DNA of 64,000 nt, taken from positions 265,174,001-265,238,000 of the forward strand of contig OZ024741.1 of NCBI GenBank assembly GCA_964016885.1. Direction: 5' to 3'. Positions within the stretch are counted from its first letter, which is position 1, and the number at the start of each line of letters is the position of its first letter. Below are positions 26,810 to 37,775 of the stretch, one piece after another. The notes under the pieces were generated by a model. That model worked only from the letters and a program-made list of their open reading frames with translations. It did not search any database and was not told the origin of the DNA. This DNA is from Eledone cirrhosa. Taxonomy: Eukaryota. A program made the position numbers and the translations under genes.

Positions 26810-27870
26810 TATAATAGTTTCTGATTTTGGTACAAGACCAACAATTTTTGGGGAGAAGGAAAAGTTGATTAACTTGACCCCAGTGCATTACTGGTACTTT
26901 ATTTTATTGATCCTGTAAGGATAAAAGGCAAAGCTAACTTTGGCAGGATTTGAACTCAGAACATAAAGGGACATGACTACCGTCTTTCCTGGCGTCAAAA
27001 ACGCTAGTTTTTTCTTTTATGCTGCAAAGCATGTCCGACACTGCTAATCCATAGCCCTTAATGGTTTCTAATTTAGGCACAGGGCCAACAATTTTTTTGC
27101 GTGTGTGTGGGTGGGGTGGGGGGGTTATTAAATCGACCACAGTGCATTACTGGTACTTTATTTTATCGACCCTGTGAGAACAAAAGGCAAAGCTAGCCTC
27201 AGTGGGATTTGAACTCTCAATAATGGTTTCTGATTTAGACAAGACAAGAATTTGAGAGGGAGGGGAAGTCGATTACATTGACGCCAGTGTATTAATGGTA
27301 CTTATTTTATCGACCCCCGTAACGATGAAAGGCAAAGCTAACCTCAGTAGGATTTAAACTCAGAACGTAAAGGGATGTAACTATATGCTGCAACGCATGT
27401 CCGATACTACCAATCCACCGCCCTTAATAATGGTTTCTGATTGAGGCACAAGGCCAACAATTTTGGGAGAGGGGAAAGTCGATTAAATTGACTCCAGTGC
27501 GTGACTAGTACTTTATTTATCGACCCTGTAAAGATGAAAGGCACAGCTAACCTCGGCAGGATTTGAACTCAGAACGTAAAGGGCCATAACTATAGAAACA
27601 ACGTTCTGCCAATCCCGTTCCCTTTTAATTTAATCCATTCTAATGGTTTCTAGTATAGGCACAAGGCCAGTAATTAGGGGGGGAGAGTCGATTAAATTGA
27701 CCCCAGTGCATTACTGGCGCTTTATTTTATCGACCCTGTAAAAATGAAAGGCAAAGCTAATCTCGGCGGGATTTGAACTCAGATCGTAAAGGGAAGCAAC
27801 TCTATGCTGCAAAGCACGGTCTCCGACTCTACCGATACTGCCAACCCACCACCCTATTTTAATCCATTAT
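26810..27870 (-). repeat. Head-to-tail cluster of ~5 SINE family 2 copies (similar clusters at 23170-24310 and 39950-40440)
   Basis: Recurring ggtactttattttatcgacc / gcaaagctaacctc / ggatttgaactcag every ~150-260 bp, all in the same orientation. Confidence 0.85.
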
Positions 27871-28612
27871 AACAACACCCATTGTGTATCTGTAGCTATC
27901 ATCATTGTCATTAAACATCCATTTTCTTAACTAACAAGGGTTAGACCGACTCAGTATTTAATTGGAGCTCTTGATCTCATACTCCTCGCGGCACCAGGGA
28001 GGATCATGTCTTCAGCACAGTTCCTCTCTACCCTATGCCAACTTTTCTACAGCTGGGTGCCCTCCCTATCATCCACCACATTACAGAGAGTACTAGGTGT
28101 ATTTTATCGTGTGGACAACATTAGAGAGGTTGTCATGTCTTTGGTACGACTGAAGAATCACCTTTAGTTATACAGAGTGTACTGGGTGTACAACATTAAT
28201 GAGGTCGTCCTGTCGTTGGTACGACTGAAGAATCACTTAGTTATAAACAATTGCTATAAAAAAAAAACCAAAATAATTTTTAATGTAGAATTGTTGATCT
28301 TTAACAGAGGGGTGGGGCTTTAATGATATATATTCTCTAGAAGGCGTGGGGGGGTGGCTTTGGTGAAATGCATTGTACAGACATGAGGAGTTTTGATTAA
28401 ATCATTTCTAATAAAGGTGGGAGATAAATATTACCTAAAAAGGTGGGGAGGGGGTGACATTCTGTAAAAAGGGGGAGGGGATTTGATGAAATATTTTTCT
28501 AGAAAGGGGGGGGGGGGGTAGTACTCCACAAAAAAACAAAAGAATTAGTATGCGTGTTTGATCTTTGTTGGTTCTGACGATAAATGCTTACGTTTTCGAC
28601 CAACGGAAATTA

Positions 28613-29216
28613 CCGTCATTTCCCAGCGTCGAAGACGCTATTTTTTCATAAAATAAGCCTCGAAAATCTACCACGTCCCGGAGGCCGAAGGTTGCGTTTC
28701 TCATAGGGATAGCCTAACCCCAGAGGGAAATTATATATGCTAGACAGTAATCTGAACTCCTATGAAGTGTACAAATTAGTTGTAGTAAATAAACAAAATA
28801 TAAACACATAACACATACAACTAACCACTGCTAGAAACAACGTACCAAAATAAAAATGTTTAAAAGGGTGGGAGCAAAAACAAAAACGACCATCAAGTCA
28901 CCACCAAGTGTGACAATCGGCCGCACATCACACAGGTCAATGGAATAATAATAATAATGAAATTATTGTGTACAGTGCTCAGGTGCACTACAACTCGATA
29001 GAATAATATACAAATGTCAGAGAAGTGAATAGTGTAGGAGTCATGATATACATGTGTGCGTGTGTATGGAGGGGGAATATTAGCTATAGTGTTGGCAAAT
29101 CTCAGGAAGCATGAGGCAGGCCAATATGCTCGTAGCATTACCACGAGTGTTTATTATTGTTTTTCAAATTTTTAGTTGTCAAAATTGGGGTACGTCCTCG
29201 ACGACGTGAAATATGG
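28613..29216. mobile_element. pogo/Tigger-like MITE with nested LINE fragments
   Basis: Imperfect TIRs TA-CCGTCATTTC..CGTCGAAGACG / CGTCCTCGACG..GAAATATGG-TA. Confidence 0.5.
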
Positions 29217-31196
29217 TAGTGTACAAATGGCAGAGTATTCTGTAAATTTTTTTTCTCACTCGTTTCCAAGACGGGTGGAAGAATTTATATATTTTTTTTC
29301 AATTTTAAGGGTAGTTGATAGGTTTAATTAGAGTTTTATAGCGTGCGTGCGTGCGTGCGTTTTTTTAAATTAATGTGATTAATATGGCTTTCTAAACCTC
29401 GTGAATTATTAATTGATGTGTGTGTAGTTCCCCCACCGAGAACTAAAAGAAAAAAGAAAACGACCATTCCAGACACGTGTGCCCTTAATGCAAGGGGATT
29501 CAGCATGACACACTATGACAAGGCTGGTCCTTTGAATTACTGGTATAACTCATTTTTACCAGCCGAGTGGACTGAAGCAATGTTAAATGAAGTGTCTTGT
29601 TCAAGACATTAAATTTAAGGCGTAACCTTCATAATATTACAAGTAGAAAAAAAAAGAAAAGGAACAAAAACACCCAATCGGGTAATACATGCATCTAGGA
29701 CCACATACAACGAAAGGGGTGGACAAACGAACCGCTGTTAGAGCAAAAGATATCACGAGGAGCTCTGGGGAACCTCTCTAATAATTTAACTTTTGACAAA
29801 GCGAAAAAAAAAATATTCAAGATTAAGTGTGTGAATCGGTTACCCCACAAATACCATTGGAACCTCCCTTAATACTTTGAGGCAAGCCAACACGCTCACA
29901 GCATTCTATAATTTTATATAGACATATAAGAAAAATTGTTTTATATCAAAATATTCAAATCTATTCCTGGGGATAAAATTACTTGAAAATAAAGAATTTA
30001 ATATTTAGTCAAACATATAGAAAAAGAAAATAGCATTGGAAATGACTATAAATGAGAGGGGAAGAGCAAGGATTATTAAGCAACGGAAAGAAAGGTGAAA
30101 GGGTAACAGACACTACACCTAGGTCAGAGGTTTAAACTATCGTTGATATTTGTGTAAAAATCTATAGAATCAAAATTTAAACAGGTTTAAACGGGGGAGG
30201 GAGGGACTCTGCAAACAGGTCAATTCTCAGTCGATGTTGAGAATCCAGAGCTCACATTTGGAGCTATTGACCTGGAGACCCCGATGGCCAAGATCCTCAA
30301 TCATTTCGTCAGCAGTGGTGATAACCCTACCGGTATTTCGCGATTTACTAAACGTACACCCATTATAAAATGTCTCTAAAAACCACTTTGCTCTAATAAG
30401 CTGAAAGTTAGTGACAGTAGTTATACGTTGGGTGTGAGGAATGCGTGGTCTTGTAACTTCTGAGAGAGTCGTAGGGGCGCCATATTGACACAGCATGGTC
30501 CTGCAACTCCTGAAATAGCCGTAGGGACGCCGTATTGACATAGAATGGTCCTGTAACTCATGAGATAGTCGTAGGGGGCGCTGTATTGACATACAGCGTT
30601 TCTAAGGCATTTTAAAATTCGGCAGAGCCTATCACCTCTAGGTCTGAATACAGCAGGTTTCTTCCAGAGAAAGTGTGTGAGAATGGAAATGAGAAAGAGA
30701 TATAGACGAAGATCGACCTCAGTACTAGACTGGTACATTTTTTTTTATCGACCTCGAATGGATGAAAGGCGAGGTTGACCTTGACCAGATTTGACCTTAG
30801 AGAGCAGAACGGAATACTGCCAAGCATTCTATTTGACGTTCTAAAGTTTTTTGGCGTGAGGATTTCAAGCTAAAATAGTGTTTAGCAGGTGACCATTAGA
30901 TCTATCGTATGTTTTAGCTTACCTTTTAATCAAACATAATTTAACTTCTGTATGCAAAATAACATTTATTTCATTTAAATTTAGTATTCCATCCTCATAA
31001 ATTGTGACGAATTCATCACAATGAGGATTAAGATAAAATAAGGTTAGATTTCAGGGTAGTAAATATTACTTGGTAAAGGCACTCGTAACATTTGTTGTGT
31101 CTTGATAACTTCTAAACTGGGGTGGATCCAATATATTGGGGTGCATATCATCTAAACTCGAGTACGTCTAATGTATTGGGGGTGTATCTTAATAAT

Positions 31197-34151
31197 TTAT
31201 AAACTAGGGTGCATATAATTATTACCTTCTAAACTAGAAGTTAACTCTGATGCATTCGAACATTTTTTAAGCTCGGAAACACGATAAATAGAATTTTGTA
31301 TCTGGTATAGCCATAACTTTGGACAATCACCGTTTATGTCAACTAAACCTATCAGAGCATCGTTAGTTACGGACAGACAAATTGGCAAAGATTCGTGCGG
31401 GATTTGAATATCCATCAGAAATTTCCCACCGTGGTCAAGTCTACGAACGATAAGGTTTTCAGCACAGAGCAAGTAAATGAAATCTCTGTCAATTGCAATG
31501 TCCAATATTGCTGCCGATTTATCTGACACCCCATAGGTAAACAAACATATTCCAGTTTGTTCGAAGCAGGTAAAGTTATTATATGTGGAGTCAGATACGA
31601 GAAACAGCTTCGATTGATAATCTCGAAGTCTGCAGTGAAGGGGTAAAGATTGAGAACTAGGAACAGAAATTACTCCTTTTTTAATTACTCGGTTGTTTTC
31701 ATCAACAATTAAATGGCGTATGAGGAGTCTTTCTAACTGATATAAACAAAATATGTTTTTATTGTCCGATGAAGAAAGACTGTAATAAGGAACAGAAAAT
31801 AAACGATTATTTAAAACTTTAAGATCACTACAGTCAATAATTTTCAAAGACATAACTTCCGGGAAGGATACTATAACCTTATTGTTACGAAGCTCACATA
31901 AACTATATGGGGTATACTCATATTTCTCCTCCCAAAGGCAATTGCCATCGGGAGAAAATAGCCAGATTTTATTGTGGTCTCTGTCTAAGATGACAATGTT
32001 ATTATTAAACATGACGAGAAGGTCAATGGAAGTGCCAGGCGTTTTGTCGTTATGCCTCATTTCAAACCCATGCTTCAAATTCAACATAGGGATAGCCATA
32101 TTAAATTCATTAATATCAACGTTTTCATCTTCCAGAAGCGTAGCTGTAACATCTCCAGATGTAAGTTGGCTAGGTGTACCTGTAGCATCTCCAGATGTAA
32201 GTTGGCTAGGTGTACCTGCAGCATCTCCAGATGTAGGTTGGCTAGGTGTACCTGCAGCATCTCCAGATGTAGGTTGGCTAGGTGTACCTGTAGCATCTCC
32301 AGATGTAGGTTGGCTAGGTGTACCTGTAGCATCTCCAGATGTAAGTTGGCTAGGTGTACCTGCAGCATCTCCAGATATAGGTTGGCTAGGTGTACCTGCA
32401 GCATCTCCAGATATAGGTTGGCTAGGTGTATCTGTAGCATCTCCAAATGTAGGTTGGCTAGGTGTACCTGTAGCATCTCCAAATGTAGGTTGGCTAGGTG
32501 TACCTGTAGCATCTCCAAATGTAGGTTGGCTAGGTGTACCTGTAGCATCTCCAAATGTAGGTTGGCTAGGTGTACCTGTAGCATCTCCAAATGTAGGTTG
32601 GCTAGGTGTACCTGTAGCATCTCCAAATGTAGGTTGGCTAGGTGTACCTGCAGCATCTCCAGATGTAGGTTGGCTAGGTGTACCTGCAGCATCTCCAGAT
32701 GTAGGTTGGCTAGGTGCACCTGTAGCATCTCCAGATGTAGGTTGGCTAGGTGCACCTGTAGCATCTCCAGATGTAGGTTGGCTAGGTGTACCTGTAGCAT
32801 CTCCAGATGTAGGTTGGCTAGGTGTACCTGTAGCATCTCCAGATGTAAGTTGGCTAGGTGTACCTGTAGCATCTCCAGATGTAAGTTGGCTCGGTGTACC
32901 TGTAGCATCTCCAGATGTAAGTTGGCTAGGTGTACCTGTAGCATCTCCAGATGTAAGTTGGCTAGGTGTACCTGTAGCATCTCCAGATGTAAGTTGGCTA
33001 GGTGTATCTGTGGCGTCTCCAGATGTAGGTTGGCTAAGTGTAGCTGTAACATCTCCAGATGTAGGTTGGCTAGGTGTATCTGTGGCATCTCCAGATGTAG
33101 ATTGAATAGGTGCGTCTGTGAAATCTTCAACTGAAGAACCTACAGGCGTCGGATGATAAAGTGGAAGTTTGATATTTCCAAATGTGGATCCTACAGATGT
33201 CGGATTATAAAGTGGAGCTGTGACATCACCAGATGCAGATTGAACAGGGTTAGTATTCGTTAGCAATGGAATAATATTCAAATTTTGCGGCACAAAAACT
33301 CCTTGTGGAGCAATAAACTCTATCAGCTGAAGTTTCTCGGCAATGTTCACAAGTTCTTTATATTGTTCACTCACTTTATAACCACCCGGTGCTAAGGTAA
33401 ACGGTAGAGGATTTTGAGTAATCGCCTTAATACAATCCCTAGGAGAATAGAATGGATTTTCTGTTGATAACAGAGCATCCATTTTTTCGTAACTCGCCTG
33501 AATGGCATTTAATGCCTCAGATTTGATTGCCATAGTCTTCTCTAAACATTCGGTAAAAGTTCCATGATACCTCCGGATATGTCCGATTATATTTTGTTCT
33601 TTCTCGGATATAATTTTTTCGAGTTTTTCATGTAACATAGTTAATTCTCTAATTGTTTCATTCTTGTTATGGTTCCCTATTGCCAAAGAGAACGCCACCG
33701 AACGTCTAACAATCTTAATATGATTAGAATACTCCTCAAACATATGTTTCAATTTAGCCACGGAGGTTTCATTCAAATGTATTTCACAATTTCTGTGAAG
33801 TAACATAATACATCTGCAACAAACCAGACGATCACAATTTAAGCATTTGATATCGACGAATTCTGACGGGTGTTTCAAACATCTACAAACGTTCTTACAT
33901 TTTTGGGAATCGGTAACCCACTGAACAGATTTCGAAGTCTTTACAGTCACTGGTTTTACGTGCTCACTACAAACTGGACAATGAAATCCAACCGTTGATA
34001 ACAGAGATGCAGGACTTGTCTCGTCGCTGGGACGACTTTCTAAACAATCTTCACAAAACGCATGACAACATGGAAGAATTTTAGGTCGTTTAGCAGTCCG
34101 GCTGCAAATTAAACAATATTTTTCTTCCTCTTGGTCAGACGGCGATGCCAT
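31197..34151 (-). CDS. Single-exon TRIM/RBCC-type E3 ubiquitin ligase (RING, B-box2, coiled coil, Ser/Thr/Pro repeat, NHL-like beta-propeller)
   Basis: 984-aa ORF with C3HC4 RING (CLIC..LPCCHAFCEDC..CPVC), B-box (CLKH..CLNCDRLVCCRC..H), a helical region, and C-terminal repeats such as IVILDRDHNKIWLFSPDG and DIAIDRDFIY. Start context is gctATGG. Confidence 0.9.
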   Translation of the reverse strand: MASPSDQEEEKYCLICSRTAKRPKILPCCHAFCEDCLESRPSDETSPASLLSTVGFHCPVCSEHVKPVTVKTSKSVQWVTDSQKCKNVCRCLKHPSEFVDIKCLNCDRLVCCRCIMLLHRNCEIHLNETSVAKLKHMFEEYSNHIKIVRRSVAFSLAIGNHNKNETIRELTMLHEKLEKIISEKEQNIIGHIRRYHGTFTECLEKTMAIKSEALNAIQASYEKMDALLSTENPFYSPRDCIKAITQNPLPFTLAPGGYKVSEQYKELVNIAEKLQLIEFIAPQGVFVPQNLNIIPLLTNTNPVQSASGDVTAPLYNPTSVGSTFGNIKLPLYHPTPVGSSVEDFTDAPIQSTSGDATDTPSQPTSGDVTATLSQPTSGDATDTPSQLTSGDATGTPSQLTSGDATGTPSQLTSGDATGTPSQLTSGDATGTPSQLTSGDATGTPSQPTSGDATGTPSQPTSGDATGAPSQPTSGDATGAPSQPTSGDAAGTPSQPTSGDAAGTPSQPTFGDATGTPSQPTFGDATGTPSQPTFGDATGTPSQPTFGDATGTPSQPTFGDATGTPSQPTFGDATDTPSQPISGDAAGTPSQPISGDAAGTPSQLTSGDATGTPSQPTSGDATGTPSQPTSGDAAGTPSQPTSGDAAGTPSQLTSGDATGTPSQLTSGDVTATLLEDENVDINEFNMAIPMLNLKHGFEMRHNDKTPGTSIDLLVMFNNNIVILDRDHNKIWLFSPDGNCLWEEKYEYTPYSLCELRNNKVIVSFPEVMSLKIIDCSDLKVLNNRLFSVPYYSLSSSDNKNIFCLYQLERLLIRHLIVDENNRVIKKGVISVPSSQSLPLHCRLRDYQSKLFLVSDSTYNNFTCFEQTGICLFTYGVSDKSAAILDIAIDRDFIYLLCAENLIVRRLDHGGKFLMDIQIPHESLPICLSVTNDALIGLVDINGDCPKLWLYQIQNSIYRVSELKKCSNASELTSSLEGNNYMHPSL
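32140..33105 (-). repeat. Coding 36-bp minisatellite (~27 copies of PSQ[PL]TSGDA[TA]GT) inside the TRIM ORF
   Basis: Direct tandem unit gtaggttggctaggtgtacctgtagcatctccagat. Confidence 0.95.
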
Positions 34152-34298
34152 AGCCGCGTTAATTGTCCACTATCGCTCTTGGCCTCTACAAAATACTTTA
34201 GTCGCTGCAGCGCGATTCGTCTTTACTTGTTATTCCAAAACAAATGCTAACACGAGAAAGCCATCCCCCATAATTATACAACTTTTGGCTCTCAAATT

Positions 34299-34339
34299 GT
34301 CACGTGACCTCGTGTTATCCGGAATATTTATGCCACGTG
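34299..34339. promoter_or_regulatory. Candidate TRIM promoter E-boxes (GTCACGTGAC at 34299-34308; CACGTG at 34334-34339)
   Basis: Two E-boxes ~150-190 bp upstream of the ATG in a locally CpG-rich stretch. Confidence 0.4.
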
Positions 34340-35027
34340 AGACAGTTCCACCGATAATTAGGTGAGTTTTAAAATTATTATTACACCCGTCTAGGACGAT
34401 GGATTGGGAGTATCGGTAGAACGTCGGACTCTGAGTTCAAAACCCGCTGAGGTTAGCTTTCCCTTTCATCCTTACAAGGTCGCTAAAATAAAGCACCAGT
34501 AATGCACTGAGGTTAATTTGATCGATTTTTCCCTCAAAATTGGTGGCCTTGTACCTCTAGTAGAAATCATTATTACACCTGTCTAATGGCGGTGGGCTGG
34601 CAATGTCGGTAGAGTTATTCTTTTTATCGCTACAACCCCAAAATACCCTATTCGCTACACGCACACACATATATATATATATATTAGTGTGTATGTGTGT
34701 GTGTGTGTGTGCATGGTCCCATAACCCCTGATAGAGTTGTAGGGGCGCCGTATTGACGGCGTTTCTTGGCCATTTTAAGCCTGGCGGAGCCCATCCCTCT
34801 TCAGACCTGAGTACAGTAGAATTCTTTAAGTGAAAGATAGAAAGTGAGAGAGAGGAAATGTGAAAGAGATATAGAGGAAGAATCGACCCCAGTACTTGAT
34901 GAAAGACAAAGCTGAACTCGGCAGGATTTGAACTACGAGAGCAGAGAACCGGAACCAATACCATAAAACATTCTATCTGACGTTCTAACGATTCTTCCAA
35001 TTCGCCGCCTTGAGTGCATGCATATAT

Positions 35028-35555
35028 GGCGACTAAACTGGCAACCCCACCAAGGTTTCTTGGTGAGGAGGGTGACTTTGGACATCCTGCAGGACTAAAA
35101 ACAAAACCTGTCAAAGGGCAAAGGAGCTCTTAAGAGTCAATGGCCATCCAAAATCAGCAGCAGAGATGACCCCTTAGCCTTTGTCAAGGCAGAATTCTAG
35201 GAGAAGGAAAACTCTGATATAACACCTGCAACCCTGATGGTATCCAATGATGGACTTGTTCTTCTTTTTGGTAAATATCATCTTGGTCAAGAGAGTGGCT
35301 TTGTGCAATGCCTTTGCTCACTATAAAAGCTTCACGGCACAGGCATTGCTTTATATCTGGAGATCTCTCTGCACTTGTCGTCACATGGTACCATGGGCCC
35401 AGCACTGTGTCAGTAATTGTCACAAGTGTAGTGTTTGTACCAGAGTTTTCAAGTCGCTGTCTAGACTAAAAAGTCACACTCGTTCAGCGCATCGGTAGGG
35501 GTTCTCCTACATGGATATAAAGTAGTGGCCGTACTCGAAAACGAGTTGGCAGCCA

Positions 35556-35560
<5 letters not shown>
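35028..35560 (+). mobile_element. Internally deleted RTE-like element (5' leader fused to 3' end with C2H2 finger); related copy at 53880-54405 on the - strand
   Basis: HKCSVCTRVFKSLSRLKSHTRSAH followed by the hairpin ACTCG-AAAA-CGAGT and a microsatellite tail. The 5' part matches 54309-54405 in reverse. Confidence 0.55.
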
Positions 35561-35650
<90 letters not shown>

Positions 35651-35970
35651 CATACATGTATATGTATGTGTGTGTATGCATACATATATATGTGTGTGTG
35701 TGTGTGTATGCATACATGTATATGTATGTGTGTGTATGCATACATATATATGTGTGTGTGTGTGTGTATGCATACATGTATATGTATGTGTGTGTATGCA
35801 TACATGTATATGTGTGTGTGTATGTATGCATACATGTATATATGTGTGTGTGAGGGTGTCTGTATTATTGTTAATATTGTTTCACCATTTCCTGTGTGTA
35901 TCTTGTAACTTCACACCGTTAAAATTCTATTTCAATGTCTCTTGTACTTATAACAGTGAACTCTTTCTAT

Positions 35971-36013
<43 letters not shown>

Positions 36014-36055
36014 ATAAGAAACGGAGAATCAGTGTTGCGACGAATAAAATTTATT

Positions 36056-36152
36056 AGACATATTACAATCGTTTCTCTGGCGACCAGCTCGAGGCACGAT
36101 CGATGTAATGATCGAACCTGACTCTGAAATCGCAAGGTCCTCAGATACGTCT
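36056..36152 (-). ncRNA. Type I hammerhead ribozyme with long helix II (copy 2)
   Basis: Minus strand reads AGACGTAT-CTGAGGA-[GCGAT..CAG..AGG..CGATC/GATCG..CCT..CTG..GTCGC]-GAAAC-GATT-GTA^ATATGTCT. It is homologous to 5319-5415 and sits between (TA)n runs. Confidence 0.7.
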
Positions 36153-36181
36153 CGACTCTACGTAGTGTGATATATATATAT

Positions 36182-37165
36182 ACTAGCAGCAGTACCCAGC
36201 GTTGCCTGGGTAGGTAAAATATTATCGGCTTTGATGAAAAGGTATTGATCTTAGCGACTGCTTCTCGATCAATCATCTATGGCCACACACAGGCCATGCG
36301 GGGGAGGGTGGTGATGACCCCTATTACTGAGAAAGGCAGGTGACTGACGAAGGGACATGCTGTGGGAGTGAGGTAATGACCTCTAACACTAAGCCAAATT
36401 TCCTTACGCTACTTGATTGGAAACCTAGGAATTCTCAAATACACAACTAAAAGCTCAGACGACGTCAGTGACCATCGTTTTGACTTTGACCATCTATAAG
36501 TTGAACCAAATAAATTGATTTATGTGTGAGGTGGAGCCCAAGTTTCGAATTTGAACGAAATCGGTCGAAAAATGTGGGAGCTAGAGCCGAAAAGGCGGAA
36601 ATTTGAGCGAAAAGGTGGTATTTTCGAATATTTAAGTGGCTGCCACGCCGTTCCAGAACAAAAAATTCAAAATGTAAACCCACTTTAAGGCGTGAAATAA
36701 TCAGATTTAGCATAGTCTAAAATTTGAACAAAGTAGGTTGATTAATGTGGGAGCTAGAGCGGAAAAAGCGGAAATTTGAGTCTAAAAGTGTAATTTTTGA
36801 ATATTTAAGCGGCTGCCACGCCATCCCTGAACAACAAATGCAAAATATAAAGCCATCACAGGATGTGCAATGATAAATTCTATTTTGCTTTAAAATTTGA
36901 ACGAAATCGGTGGCAAAATGTGGGAGCTAGAGCCAAAAATCTTATTTTTCGATACCTAAAAAAAGTGACCCCCCTCCCCCTATCGATTTTTATCTGCAGA
37001 ATGATCCCGGAATTAAAAAAAACGATACGCTGATATATAGAAAACACTCCCCGATGAGTAATCTATGAGCCTGTAAAGTTTCATGAAAATCGGTCGTAAG
37101 ATGTAGACCCCTATAGGTAATACACAGACACACACACACATACTTAATTTTATATATATACAGAT
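36182..37165 (+). mobile_element. Helentron/DINE-1-like non-autonomous rolling-circle element with internal ~172-bp tandem repeat
   Basis: 5' ACTAG..ACCCAGCGTTGCCTGGGT hairpin, AAGTTTCATGAAAATCGG, and a CAGA/CA microsatellite + TTTTATATATATA end. aatttgaac..tgtgggagctagagc recurs at ~36549, 36721 and 36894. Confidence 0.65.
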
Positions 37166-37179
37166 ATCACACACACACA

Positions 37180-37266
<87 letters not shown>

Positions 37267-37589
37267 ACATTCTCTCTCTCTCTCTTTCCCACACTCCATC
37301 TCCACTACTACCACCACTATTAACACCGCCACACCAGAAAACATGAGAAGAATAAATACTACCAGATGTTAAAAAAAAAGATATTTAAAACGTCTTTAAA
37401 ATATAATTTCAATTAAAGTAAATAAACTGTTCATTTCCTGAACCAGGCCAAGTTGGTCCTTAATTCATGACAACCCCTACTTAAAATCTAGTTGAGGGTA
37501 TCATGTTTTGAAATTTTTATTTGATTCACTCGTTTACTTGAGTTTCAGTCTGGTCCACCTTCCGTCAGCATAAAATATGTAAGGGACGG

Positions 37590-37775
37590 TAAGAATGGAA
37601 TGGACCTCCGTCAGTTTCGACGATAAGTGCTCCTGCTCACTGCTATCGGGGCGGAGTTGGCTGCCCACCGGTGCGAGCCCGCGTGATGGAGTGGCTGTTC
37701 CGGCGCATCTCCCTACCTGTCCCTACGGGGCAATGCATTCTTGATCTTGTCGGCAGGGACCAGTTAGTTGGAGGT
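37590..37775 (+). mobile_element. Second, divergent CRE-clade 3' fragment (frameshifted)
   Basis: GC-rich patch reading LLTAIGAELAA..MEWLFRRISL..LRGNAFLILSAG across frameshifts. Confidence 0.6.

Noticed and set aside
31882-33134. Antisense and alternate-frame ORFs of 349-407 aa
   Set aside because: Shadows of the 36-bp repeat within the TRIM ORF.
37525-37575. Minus-strand CTGACGG...GAAAC-TCAA-GTA hammerhead-like motif
   Set aside because: Core mismatch at A9 and no convincing helix I or II.
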